From: an uncultured Bacteroidota bacterium
Lineage (GTDB): Bacteria; Bacteroidota; Bacteroidia; Flavobacteriales; Flavobacteriaceae
Reading direction: 5' to 3'
NCBI GenBank assembly: GCA_902602415.1
Contig: CACKQW010000001.1
Location: forward strand, 22,342-86,341
Length of the DNA: 64,000 nt
Shown here: positions 49,695-59,574 of the stretch, piece by piece
Layout: every line of letters starts with the position of its first letter
Numbering within the stretch: position 1 is the stretch's first letter
Position numbers and translations under genes: made by a program
Notes under the pieces: generated by a model
What the model was told of the DNA's origin: nothing
The model's database searches: none
Seen by the model: only the letters and a program-made list of their open reading frames with translations

Positions 49695-52600
49695 ATGTAT
49701 TTTTTTTTAAAAAATTTTTCATTAACAGTAATTATTTTACTCTGTACTTCATCTTTTAGTACTATTCTTGCCCAGCAAATAGAGGCAGATTTAGGAGAAC
49801 TATACATTCCTGATCCACCATCATTTGTTGATAATTATGAATATGATAGTGCAAGTGATTTATATTATTATAATGTCAAGGTTGGAGATTATAATATCAA
49901 TTACCCTATAATATTATCTCAAGAAGAATACAGAAAACTAAAACTAAAAGAAGATTTAAAGGAATATTATAAATCTAAAATTGATGCTGCTGAGGGTAAG
50001 AAAGAAGGAACGGATGAAGATCAAAAAAATTTAATTCCTGAAATTTATGTTAATTCTCAAGTATTTGAATCTATTTTTGGAGGCAATACAATTCAGGTTG
50101 TTCCCCAAGGATCTTTGGAAGCTGATTTTGGGATTTTATATACAAAACAAGATAACCCCGCTTTTTCTCCAAGAAATCGAAGTAACTTAACTTTTGATTT
50201 TGATCAAAGAATCGGTCTAAGCTTGTTAGGAAAAGTAGGCACAAGGGTTCAACTGAATGCAAATTTTGATACGCAGTCAACTTTTGATTTCCAAAATTTA
50301 TTGAAGTTGGAGTACGAACCTTCTGAAGATGATATTATCCAAAAAATTGAATTAGGAAATGTAAGTATGCCTCTCAATAATTCACTTATTTCAGGTGCTC
50401 AAAGTTTATTTGGTGTTAAAACAGAGCTTAAATTTGGTAAAACCAGAATAAAAGCGATTTTCTCTGAACAAAAATCTGAATCCAGGTCAGTTACTTCACA
50501 AGGAGGCGGAACAGTTCAAGAATTTGAATTTCGTGCTTTAAATTATGATGAAAATAGAAATTTCTTTCTGAGTCACTATTTCCGAAATAAATACGATGAA
50601 GCTTTATTAAACTATCCTTTTATTAATTCAAATATTCAAATAACTAGGTTAGAGGTTTGGGTTACAAATAGAAATAGTCAATTAAATGATACTCGAAATA
50701 TACTAGCTTTACAGGATTTGGGAGAGTCTGATAATATTTCATCAGATGTTAATTTACTAGCTGCTCCTGGCTCATATCCTGATAACTCAAACAATAGTTT
50801 TGATCCAACAATTATTGGGAATGCCAATTCCCAATTGACAAACTCAGTGAGAGATGTTGCTACTGTGCAATCAGGAATCCTGGTGCCAAATATTAATGAG
50901 GGAATTGATTATGGAAAATTAGAGAATGCAAAAAAATTAAGGGAAAATCTAGATTACACATTTCATTCACAATTGGGATATATTTCTTTAACTCAAAAAC
51001 TTGAAAATGATGAAATTCTTGCAGTTGCTTTCCAATATACAGTTGGAGATCAAGTTTTTCAAGTTGGAGAATTTGCAAATGACGGAGTTCAAGCAACACA
51101 AGTCACAAATAATGTAAATAATGATAATATACAAGTAAACTCAAATAATTTAATTTTAAAATTATTGAAAAGTACGGTAACCAGCGTTGATGAACCTATG
51201 TGGGATTTAATGATGAAAAATATCTATAATACTGGTGCTTTTCAGCTTGAAAAAGAAGATTTTAAATTAAACATATTTTATAAAGAAACTTCTGAATTAA
51301 ATTATATTCAAGAAATTGATGGCACCCCATTTCCAGATCCAATTGCAGGATTACCCTTAATAAATGAGACTCCACTTTTGAGTTTTTTTAATTTGGATAG
51401 GTTAAATTATAACAATGATCCTCAGTATAATGGTGATGGTTTTTTTGATTTTGTTGAAAATCTAACGGTGATTCCACAAACAGGTAAAATTATTTTTACC
51501 AAAGTTGAGCCATTTGGAAGTTATTTATTTGAAAGATTGAGACTAGCTCCAAGTGAAGATTATAATGGAGATTCCAACATTATAAATAATTATAATCTAA
51601 ATCAAAAAAAATATGTTTATCATTCATTATATAATTCTACCAAAACCGCTGCTGAGCAAGAATCTGAAAAAAATAAGTTTTTAATTAAGGGAAAATATAA
51701 ATCATCTTCAGGAACTGGAATTCCAATTGGAGCTTACAATGTTCCTAGAGGTTCTGTACAGGTGACAGCTGGAGGTCGTACATTGGTTGAGGGTGTTGAC
51801 TATACTGTAAATTATCAATTAGGAACTGTTCAAATTCTGGACCCTGGACTACAAGCATCAAATACTCCTATAAATGTAAGTGTTGAAAATAATGCAATGT
51901 TTGGCCAGCAGACTAAGAGATTTTCTGGAATTAATATTGAACATCAGTTTAACGAAGAATTAATTATTTCAGGAACCTTATTAAATCTTCATGAAAGGCC
52001 TTTAACTCAAAAGGCAAATTTTGGAACTGAGCCAATTAATAACACAATATTTGGTTTTGATGGGGTATTTTCAAAAGAAATACCTTTGTTTACAAGATTA
52101 GTTAATAAGCTTCCAAATATTCAAACAGATGTTCCTTCCAACCTTTCAGTTCGTGGGGAAATTGCATATTTAATCCCCGGTGCCCCCAAAGGAAATAATT
52201 TTAGAGGTGAAGTAACATCTTACATTGATGATTTTGAAGGATCACAAAATACAATCAATTTACTAACACCCCAATCTTGGTCATTATCAAGTAGACCAAT
52301 AGGTTTGGGAAATATATATGCAGAGGGAGGTGAAGATGATAATGGAATTCAAAATGGATATGATAGAGCATTATTAAATTGGTATTCAATTGATCCAGTT
52401 TTTTACAGTAGTCAAAGGCCAGCTGATATTACAGACGAAGATTTGTCAAATCTATATTCAAGACGGATTTTCATAGACGAAATATTTCCGCAAGTTGATT
52501 TAGTTCAAGGTCAGACATCTGTCATAAATTCTTTAGATTTAAATTATTACCCAAATTTAAGAGGTCCTTATAACATGGACCCTGAGACAAATGATGGAAT

Positions 52601-55600
52601 CATTAACAACCCAGAAGATGCTTGGGCAGGAATTACAAGATTAATTAATACAACTGATTTTGAACAGGCAAATGTTGAATATATTGAGTTTTGGTTGATG
52701 GACCCATTTTTAAATGACAACCAAAATAATGGGGGCACATTAACATTTCACTTGGGTAATATTTCTGAGGACATATTAAAAGATGGGAGAAAACAATATG
52801 AAAATGGATTGCCAGAAGATGGGGATATTAGCTTACTACCCCCAACAGTTTGGGGCTCTGTTGTTCCTCAAAATCAGTCTTTAGTTTATGCATTTTCCAC
52901 AACAGGTGATGCTAGAACAAATCAGGATGTTGGATTTGACGGATATGATGATTTTGAAGAAGCACAACAGTTTGATTCTTTTTCAGAACTACAAGATCCA
53001 TCAAATGATAATTATACATATTTTTTAAATACCCAAGGAAATATTTTTGAAAGATATAAAGGTTATAATGGTTTAGAAGGGAATTCTCCAGAGACAATAA
53101 CTGATACTAATCGTGGTTCAACAACACAGCCTGATGTTGAGGATATCAATCAAGATAACACTATGAACACTATCGATAGTTATTTTGAATATGAGTTAGA
53201 TATCACTCCTGAATCTTTAGCAAACTTAAACAATAGCTTTATTGTGGATCAGAAAGAAAAAAATATTACTCTTCCGAACGGTACCTCTGAAATAGTAAAA
53301 TGGTATCAGTTCAGAATACCTATTAATGAGCCAAGCTCATCGATAGGTGGAATTTCAGACTTTAGATCCGTGAGATTTATAAGAATGTTACTTAATAATT
53401 TTACCCAAAATACGATACTTAGGCTTGGAACATTAGACTTAGTTAGAAGTGATTGGAGAAAATATCAATTAGCATTAGATGAAGAAATAAATAACGATAA
53501 TGATAATACAGATTTTTCAGTTGGAATTGTTGGTATACAGGAAAATGAAGAGAGTTATGTTTCTCCCCCTGGAGTTGAAAGGGAGCAATTTAACAATAAC
53601 AATACTATAATCAGACAAAATGAACAATCATTAGTTGTCAATGTTTGTGAATTGGAGCCTGAAGATTCGAGAGGAGTTTATAAAAACATTAGTGTGGATA
53701 TGCGTCAGTTTAAAAGGTTGCGAATGTTTTTACATGCGGAGGATGGCCAAGTACAAGGATTGAATGATGGAGAGATAATTGCTTTTTTAAGATTGGGTAA
53801 TGATCTTACTGAAAATTATTATCAGGTTGAAATACCGCTGCAGGTATCTCCGCAAACTTCTTTAGATCCTGAATTGGTTTGGCCTGATCTAAATGAAATA
53901 AATATTCCTATCAGCGCATTTGAAACTATTAAATCTATCTCAATTGTAAACGGAAACTTGGGGTCTGACATGCCTATTTTTTATAATCTTAGTGGCGATA
54001 ATGTAATTGAGGAGCCTGTCTCTGAATTTTCTTTTTTAGAATTTGGAAATCAAAGAGTTTCAATAAAAGGTAACCCTAATTTTGGAGATGTACGAACATT
54101 AATGGTTGGACTTAAAAATCCAAGTCAAGACAATATGGATGTATGTGCTGAGGTTTGGTTCAATGAGCTTAGATTATCGGAGATGGATAATGAGGGAGGT
54201 TGGGCAGCAACTCTGGCTGTTGACTCTAACTTTGCAGATTTTATGAATTTATCTGCAACTGCAAGACAAAGTACTAGTGGTTTTGGAAATTTAGAACAAG
54301 GTCCAAGTGAGAGGGATAAGGAGGATAAAAAACAGTATGATTTAGTTACAAGTATGAATGTTGGAAAATTATTTCCAGAAAAATGGGGATTGACTATTCC
54401 ATTTAATTACTCTACAGCTGAAGAACTAATTACACCTGAATATGACCAACAGTTTAGAGATATAAGATTAAGTTCTGTACTAGATCTTGCTGACAATCAA
54501 GCTCAAAGAGATATCATCCAAAGGCAATCAGAAGACTATACAAAAAGAAAAAATATAAATTTTATCGGAGTTAACAAGCAAAGGATAGGTGAAAAAAAGG
54601 CAAGGATTTATGATATTGAAAATCTTACTTTAAATTATTCATATAATGAAATTAAGCACAGAGATTATGAAATTGAAAATATGCTCGATCAATCGGTGAG
54701 AGCGGGAATAAATTATAATTTTAATTTTAATTCCTCAAAATTAGAACCATTCAAAAAAAATGATTCTCTATTTACGAGTAATTATTTAAAAATATTAAAA
54801 GATTTTAATCTAAATTTTTTACCAGCCAGTATAAATATTAATACAGATTTTATAAGACAATTTAACAAACAAAAGTTTAGAGATATTGATTTATCTCAAG
54901 ACAATATTGGAGTTGGTGATTTATTTCAAAGAAATTACACTTTTGATTTTCAATTTGCAATTAGTTATCCAATTACGGATAATCTGAGTATGGATTATAA
55001 TGCTAGTAATAATAATATAGTTAAAAATTATTTCATCAATAATTTAGGGTCTGGGGTACAGGATCCTAGTTTGACAATATGGGATAAATTTTTTGATATA
55101 GGTGATCCAAATAGACAAGTTCAACAGCTGAAAGTAAATTATAATATTCCATTTGATAAAATACCAACATTTGATTTTATCAAATCAACCTATACGTATA
55201 CAGGAGATTTTCAGTGGCAAAAGGGTTCAGATTTATTTAGTAATATTATAATAGATGGTGAGAATTATAATCTTGGAAATTCTATTTCAAATGCCAATAC
55301 TCATAGTTTGAACACCTTACTTGACTTTCAAAAATTTTATAGATACTTAGGTCTGAATAAATTTACTGGGGATAGCTCAAGAAGAGGTCCAGACAGAGGT
55401 TTTGCAGTACAATCAAGGGATAACTCAGGCTCTAAAAAAGTCAATCCAATTTTAAAATCATTTATAAAATTAATAACAAATCTTAAACGAATTCAGATTA
55501 ACTATTCTGAAAACAACGGTACTTTTTTACCAGGATATCTAGAAACCCCTGGATTTTTTGGATCTTCAAATCCGTCATGGGGATATATTTTTGGCAGTCA

Positions 55601-56855
55601 AAAGGATATCAGATATTTGGCGGCAAGGAATGGATGGTTAACTGTTTTTCCAGAATTCAACCAACAGTATACTAGTACAACAAATAAGAATCTAGCATTT
55701 TCAGCAAATTTAGTTCCAATCAATGATCTAAAAATTGATTTAACCGCTGGTAGAACTTACGCCAGTAATATGACAGAAAACTTTAACACTATTGACACAA
55801 ACAATGATGGATTAAGTGATATTTATAACCCTTTAATTCAAAATACAATTGGGAATTTTAATATCTCAACTGTGCTTATTAAAACTGCGTTTTCCAAAAG
55901 TGACGAATTTGGTTCAGAAACATTTGATGCTTTTAGACAAAACAGATTAATTATTGCCAGGAGATTGGCGGCAAGGTCTGGTGTTGATTTAAACAACCCT
56001 AATAATTTTGAAGGAGGAGATTTATCCGGATATCCTTTAGGATTTGGAAAGACGAATCAATCAGTTCTGCTTCCTGCATTTTTATCAGCATACTCAGGCT
56101 CAGATGCAAACTCAGTTGAGCTTGGAGCATTTAGAAGTATTCCAATTCCAAATTGGGATATAAAGTACACAGGATTTATGAAAATGAAATGGTTCAGAAA
56201 AAAATTCAAACGTTTTTCAATATCCCATGGATATACTTCTAAATATACTATTAATCAATTTAGAAGTAATTTAGATTATATTCAGCCAGACTTTTCAATA
56301 GAATTTCCCTTACAAAATCCGGAACTTTTTGATCAATCAAATAATTATAAAAATGAGAACTTGTTCAGCAATATTAACTTGATGGAGCAATTTAGCCCCT
56401 TAATTAAATTTGATATTGAAATGAAAAATTCCTTGAAGTTATTAACTGAAATTAGAAAAGATAGAATGTTATCTTTAAGTTTTGACAATAATCTTCTAAC
56501 CGAAATCCAGGGCTATGAGTATATTTTTGGACTGGGATACAGATTTAAAGATTTACAAATTAGATCAAGATTAGGGGGTGCCAGACAATTGATTAAAAGT
56601 GATCTAAATATGAAAGCTGATTTTTCTATTAGGAATAATAAAACAATTATAAGATATTTGGATATTGAAAATAATCAAGTAACAGCTGGTCAGAGAATTG
56701 TCAATTTTAAATACTCTGCTGATTATGCTTTTAGTCAGAGTCTAACGGGAATATTTTTCTTTGATTACTCTTTTTCTGAGTATGCAATTTCAACTGCTTT
56801 TCCGCAGACAACTATTAGAACTGGCTTTACAATGAGATATAATTTTGGAAATTAA
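49695..56855 (+). CDS. sprA: SprA, type IX secretion system translocon / gliding motility outer-membrane protein
   Basis: 2386 aa with signal peptide. Segments ELGNVSMPLNNSLISGAQSLFGVKTELKFGKT as I recall from SprA/Sov. Giant beta-barrel size. Conserved ruvA-sprA-gcvH neighbourhood of Bacteroidota. Confidence 0.9.
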   Translation: MYFFLKNFSLTVIILLCTSSFSTILAQQIEADLGELYIPDPPSFVDNYEYDSASDLYYYNVKVGDYNINYPIILSQEEYRKLKLKEDLKEYYKSKIDAAEGKKEGTDEDQKNLIPEIYVNSQVFESIFGGNTIQVVPQGSLEADFGILYTKQDNPAFSPRNRSNLTFDFDQRIGLSLLGKVGTRVQLNANFDTQSTFDFQNLLKLEYEPSEDDIIQKIELGNVSMPLNNSLISGAQSLFGVKTELKFGKTRIKAIFSEQKSESRSVTSQGGGTVQEFEFRALNYDENRNFFLSHYFRNKYDEALLNYPFINSNIQITRLEVWVTNRNSQLNDTRNILALQDLGESDNISSDVNLLAAPGSYPDNSNNSFDPTIIGNANSQLTNSVRDVATVQSGILVPNINEGIDYGKLENAKKLRENLDYTFHSQLGYISLTQKLENDEILAVAFQYTVGDQVFQVGEFANDGVQATQVTNNVNNDNIQVNSNNLILKLLKSTVTSVDEPMWDLMMKNIYNTGAFQLEKEDFKLNIFYKETSELNYIQEIDGTPFPDPIAGLPLINETPLLSFFNLDRLNYNNDPQYNGDGFFDFVENLTVIPQTGKIIFTKVEPFGSYLFERLRLAPSEDYNGDSNIINNYNLNQKKYVYHSLYNSTKTAAEQESEKNKFLIKGKYKSSSGTGIPIGAYNVPRGSVQVTAGGRTLVEGVDYTVNYQLGTVQILDPGLQASNTPINVSVENNAMFGQQTKRFSGINIEHQFNEELIISGTLLNLHERPLTQKANFGTEPINNTIFGFDGVFSKEIPLFTRLVNKLPNIQTDVPSNLSVRGEIAYLIPGAPKGNNFRGEVTSYIDDFEGSQNTINLLTPQSWSLSSRPIGLGNIYAEGGEDDNGIQNGYDRALLNWYSIDPVFYSSQRPADITDEDLSNLYSRRIFIDEIFPQVDLVQGQTSVINSLDLNYYPNLRGPYNMDPETNDGIINNPEDAWAGITRLINTTDFEQANVEYIEFWLMDPFLNDNQNNGGTLTFHLGNISEDILKDGRKQYENGLPEDGDISLLPPTVWGSVVPQNQSLVYAFSTTGDARTNQDVGFDGYDDFEEAQQFDSFSELQDPSNDNYTYFLNTQGNIFERYKGYNGLEGNSPETITDTNRGSTTQPDVEDINQDNTMNTIDSYFEYELDITPESLANLNNSFIVDQKEKNITLPNGTSEIVKWYQFRIPINEPSSSIGGISDFRSVRFIRMLLNNFTQNTILRLGTLDLVRSDWRKYQLALDEEINNDNDNTDFSVGIVGIQENEESYVSPPGVEREQFNNNNTIIRQNEQSLVVNVCELEPEDSRGVYKNISVDMRQFKRLRMFLHAEDGQVQGLNDGEIIAFLRLGNDLTENYYQVEIPLQVSPQTSLDPELVWPDLNEINIPISAFETIKSISIVNGNLGSDMPIFYNLSGDNVIEEPVSEFSFLEFGNQRVSIKGNPNFGDVRTLMVGLKNPSQDNMDVCAEVWFNELRLSEMDNEGGWAATLAVDSNFADFMNLSATARQSTSGFGNLEQGPSERDKEDKKQYDLVTSMNVGKLFPEKWGLTIPFNYSTAEELITPEYDQQFRDIRLSSVLDLADNQAQRDIIQRQSEDYTKRKNINFIGVNKQRIGEKKARIYDIENLTLNYSYNEIKHRDYEIENMLDQSVRAGINYNFNFNSSKLEPFKKNDSLFTSNYLKILKDFNLNFLPASININTDFIRQFNKQKFRDIDLSQDNIGVGDLFQRNYTFDFQFAISYPITDNLSMDYNASNNNIVKNYFINNLGSGVQDPSLTIWDKFFDIGDPNRQVQQLKVNYNIPFDKIPTFDFIKSTYTYTGDFQWQKGSDLFSNIIIDGENYNLGNSISNANTHSLNTLLDFQKFYRYLGLNKFTGDSSRRGPDRGFAVQSRDNSGSKKVNPILKSFIKLITNLKRIQINYSENNGTFLPGYLETPGFFGSSNPSWGYIFGSQKDIRYLAARNGWLTVFPEFNQQYTSTTNKNLAFSANLVPINDLKIDLTAGRTYASNMTENFNTIDTNNDGLSDIYNPLIQNTIGNFNISTVLIKTAFSKSDEFGSETFDAFRQNRLIIARRLAARSGVDLNNPNNFEGGDLSGYPLGFGKTNQSVLLPAFLSAYSGSDANSVELGAFRSIPIPNWDIKYTGFMKMKWFRKKFKRFSISHGYTSKYTINQFRSNLDYIQPDFSIEFPLQNPELFDQSNNYKNENLFSNINLMEQFSPLIKFDIEMKNSLKLLTEIRKDRMLSLSFDNNLLTEIQGYEYIFGLGYRFKDLQIRSRLGGARQLIKSDLNMKADFSIRNNKTIIRYLDIENNQVTAGQRIVNFKYSADYAFSQSLTGIFFFDYSFSEYAISTAFPQTTIRTGFTMRYNFGN

Positions 56856-56866
56856 AATATAACTTA

Positions 56867-57247
56867 ATGAATATACCAAACGAATTAAAGTATACAAAAG
56901 ATCATGAATGGATCGCCATAGATGGAGAGATTGCAACAGTAGGTATCACTGATTTTGCACAACGTGAACTTGGAGATATAGTTTATGTAGAAATAGAAAC
57001 GGTTGGGGAATTGTTGAAAGCGGATGAAGTTTTTGGCACTGTTGAGGCAGTAAAAACAGTTTCAGATTTGTTTATTCCTGTTGAAGGTGAAATTTTAGAG
57101 CTAAATGAAGATCTTGAAACATCACCCGAGGATGTAAATAATGATCCATATGATAAAGGATGGATGATAAAAATGAAAGTTTCAAACCCGGGTGATCTTG
57201 ATAACCTATTAAGCTCGGATGAATACAAGAAATTAATTGGAGAATAG
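56867..57247 (+). CDS. gcvH: glycine cleavage system H protein
   Basis: 126 aa. Lipoyl-lysine context GTVEAVKTVSDL. Confidence 0.95.
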   Translation: MNIPNELKYTKDHEWIAIDGEIATVGITDFAQRELGDIVYVEIETVGELLKADEVFGTVEAVKTVSDLFIPVEGEILELNEDLETSPEDVNNDPYDKGWMIKMKVSNPGDLDNLLSSDEYKKLIGE

Positions 57248-57318
57248 TTATTTCAGTGTGATTAATGATTCAGATAAAATTATATAATCAATAAATAATT
57301 AACTAATTTAGCTACTCA

Positions 57319-58035
57319 ATGGAAATTAAGAAAAACCCAAAAGTTGATATAGGTAAAAATAGTTCATTATATTTTGCCTTGGGAATGGCATTAATGATGT
57401 TCCTTTCTTATTCCACTATTAATTATAAGGTTTATGACAAGTCTTCATTAAATCTTGACAAGGTTAATATGGATGCTCTGGATGAAGAAGAGGTCCCGAT
57501 TACTGAGCAAGTACAACCTCCTCCGCCTCCTCCGCCTCCTCCGCCAGCTCCTGAGGTTATTGAAATAGTAGAGGATGAAGAAGAAGTAGAGGAAACGGTA
57601 ATTGAATCTACTGAAACTGACCAAGAAGAAGAAATTGATATCGAAGATCTTGATGTTGAAGAAGTTGAAGAGGATGTTGAAGTCCCATTTGCAGTGATTG
57701 AAAATGTTCCTGTATTTCCCGGTTGTGAAAGAGGAAATAATGCTAAGAAAAGAAAATGTATGTCTGAGAAGATTGCTAAGTTTGTTCAGAGAAAATTTAA
57801 TACAGAATTGGCAGGTGATTTAGGGCTTTCAGGAAGACAAAGAATAAGTGTTATTTTTAAAATTGACAAGTCTGGAAATGTTACTGGGGTTAGAGCACGT
57901 GCCCCACATCCAAGATTAGAAAAAGAAGCTCAAAGAGTTATAAATCTTCTACCAAAAATGCAGCCTGGAAAACAAAGAGGAAAAGCGGTTATTGTTCCGT
58001 ATTCCTTACCAATTATTTTCCAAGTACAGGATTAA
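57319..58035 (+). CDS. TonB-like energy transducer
   Basis: 238 aa. N-terminal anchor, poly-Pro then acidic spacer. C-terminal TonB domain (VPVFPGCE ... GKAVIVPYSLPIIF). Confidence 0.8.
   Translation: MEIKKNPKVDIGKNSSLYFALGMALMMFLSYSTINYKVYDKSSLNLDKVNMDALDEEEVPITEQVQPPPPPPPPPPAPEVIEIVEDEEEVEETVIESTETDQEEEIDIEDLDVEEVEEDVEVPFAVIENVPVFPGCERGNNAKKRKCMSEKIAKFVQRKFNTELAGDLGLSGRQRISVIFKIDKSGNVTGVRARAPHPRLEKEAQRVINLLPKMQPGKQRGKAVIVPYSLPIIFQVQD
57517..57543 (+). repeat. perfect tandem repeat (CCTCCTCCG)x3 encoding the poly-proline spacer of the TonB-like protein
   Basis: Read directly: cct cct ccg repeated three times in frame, followed by cca gct cct. A GC-rich island in AT-rich DNA. Confidence 0.9.
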
Positions 58036-58077
58036 TTTTTTTTATTCATTTTAAACATATTTAGATTAAATATAATC

Positions 58078-58085
58078 TATATTTG
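58078..58085 (+). promoter_or_regulatory. -7 box TATATTTG upstream of ctaB (oxidase assembly operon)
   Basis: Exact TAnnTTTG match, 23 nt before the ATG. Confidence 0.45.
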
Positions 58086-58108
58086 CACCCAAATTAGTTG
58101 GATAAAGA

Positions 58109-58978
58109 ATGAGTTTATCATTAAATATAGTTAAGGAACTAACCAAATTTAGGCTTACTCTAAGTGTGGTTTTTTCATCTTTTATTAGCTATTTTCTTGG
58201 AGCTGAAATTATGGATTATATTCAGCTTTCTTTATTATTAATTGGCGGTGTTTTGATTGTTGGTTCGTCAAATATTTTTAATCAAATAATTGAGAAGGAC
58301 TTAGATAAATTAATGGCAAGAACCAAAAACCGACCACTTCCAAAAAAAGAAATTTCACAAAGTTTAGCATTATTTATCGCAGTAATATGTTCGGTGTTAG
58401 GCATTTTTTTAATGTACTTGATTAATATTAAAGTAGCAATCCTGTCATCCATTTCTTTATTTCTCTATGTATCTGTGTATACACCAATGAAATTAATAAG
58501 CCCTTTATCTGTGTTTGTTGGCGCTATCTCTGGCGCATTCCCATTCATGATTGGATGGGTCGCTGCCACTGACAGTATAGGTATTGAAGCAATAACATTA
58601 TTTTTAATGCAGTTTTTTTGGCAGTTTCCTCATTTTTGGTCCATAGGTTGGTCTCAAAACAAGGACTATGAAAAAGCTGGATTTAAAATGTTACCAACCT
58701 TAAAAAAAGACAATTCTACATCGGCACAAATATTGTTTTATTCATTTTGGGCGGTAATACTTTCTGTTATCCCTTTTTTTGGATTTACGGGAAAATTAAA
58801 GCTTAGCCTTATTGGACTAGTCATAGTTTCAATGCTTGGATTTTTTTTAATTTATAAATCCTATACTCTTTTTATTGATGGAAAAAATGAAAATGCACGA
58901 AAGTTAATGGTAACAAGTGTGATATATTTAACATTTGTTCAATTAACTTTTCTTTTTGATAAAATATTAAACTTGTGA
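58109..58978 (+). CDS. ctaB: protohaem IX farnesyltransferase (haem O synthase)
   Basis: 289 aa. UbiA-family polytopic protein with NQIIEKDLDKLMARTKNRPL motif. Confidence 0.9.
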   Translation: MSLSLNIVKELTKFRLTLSVVFSSFISYFLGAEIMDYIQLSLLLIGGVLIVGSSNIFNQIIEKDLDKLMARTKNRPLPKKEISQSLALFIAVICSVLGIFLMYLINIKVAILSSISLFLYVSVYTPMKLISPLSVFVGAISGAFPFMIGWVAATDSIGIEAITLFLMQFFWQFPHFWSIGWSQNKDYEKAGFKMLPTLKKDNSTSAQILFYSFWAVILSVIPFFGFTGKLKLSLIGLVIVSMLGFFLIYKSYTLFIDGKNENARKLMVTSVIYLTFVQLTFLFDKILNL

Positions 58979-59541
58979 AAACTAAAATGGATAAAAAAAG
59001 CAAAGCTCTCAAAATGATGTTGTGGTTTGGTATAGGATCATTAATTATGACTTTTGCCGGTTTAACAAGTGCATTTATTGTTAGTAAAAATAGAGTTGAT
59101 TGGGTGACTGATTTTCCAATTCCTGCAGCTTTTTATTTTAGTTTATTTGTAATAATTATTAGTAGCTTATCATTATTAATTTCCAAAAAGTATTTAATTG
59201 AAAATAAGAATCTTAGCAATTTATTTTTAGTGATTACAATTGTTTTAGGGTTGTCTTTTATTTTACTTCAATTTACAGGTTTCAAACAGATAATACAGCA
59301 AGGATTTCATTTTACAGGACCAACAAGTAGCATAAACAGCTCATTTATATTTTTGATTGCATTTGTTCACATCATTCATGTGTTAGTGGCACTATTTTTT
59401 TTGGTTTATATATTAATCAGAAATTTTTATGTTCAAATTAGTGACCAAAATTCATTGGGCTTTGAATTGGCATCTATTTTTTGGCATTTCGTTGATATTT
59501 TATGGATTTACCTATTTATATTTTTGGTATTCTTCGGTTAA
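58975..59541 (+). CDS. cytochrome c oxidase subunit III family protein (short form)
   Basis: 188 aa, 5 TM. C-terminal FWHFVDILWIYLF signature. GTG at 58975 overlaps the ctaB stop; the ATG at 58987 is an alternative start. Confidence 0.75.
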   Translation: MKTKMDKKSKALKMMLWFGIGSLIMTFAGLTSAFIVSKNRVDWVTDFPIPAAFYFSLFVIIISSLSLLISKKYLIENKNLSNLFLVITIVLGLSFILLQFTGFKQIIQQGFHFTGPTSSINSSFIFLIAFVHIIHVLVALFFLVYILIRNFYVQISDQNSLGFELASIFWHFVDILWIYLFIFLVFFG

Positions 59542-59574
59542 AATAATTATTTTTGCTAATTGAATAACTAGCCA

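Noticed and set aside
58062-58079. Palindrome TAGATTA-AATA-TAATCTA overlapping the ctaB promoter box (possible operator)
   Set aside because: It is a 7-bp all-AT-rich stem in DNA of this composition, so it is easily a chance occurrence. No regulator gene lies nearby.
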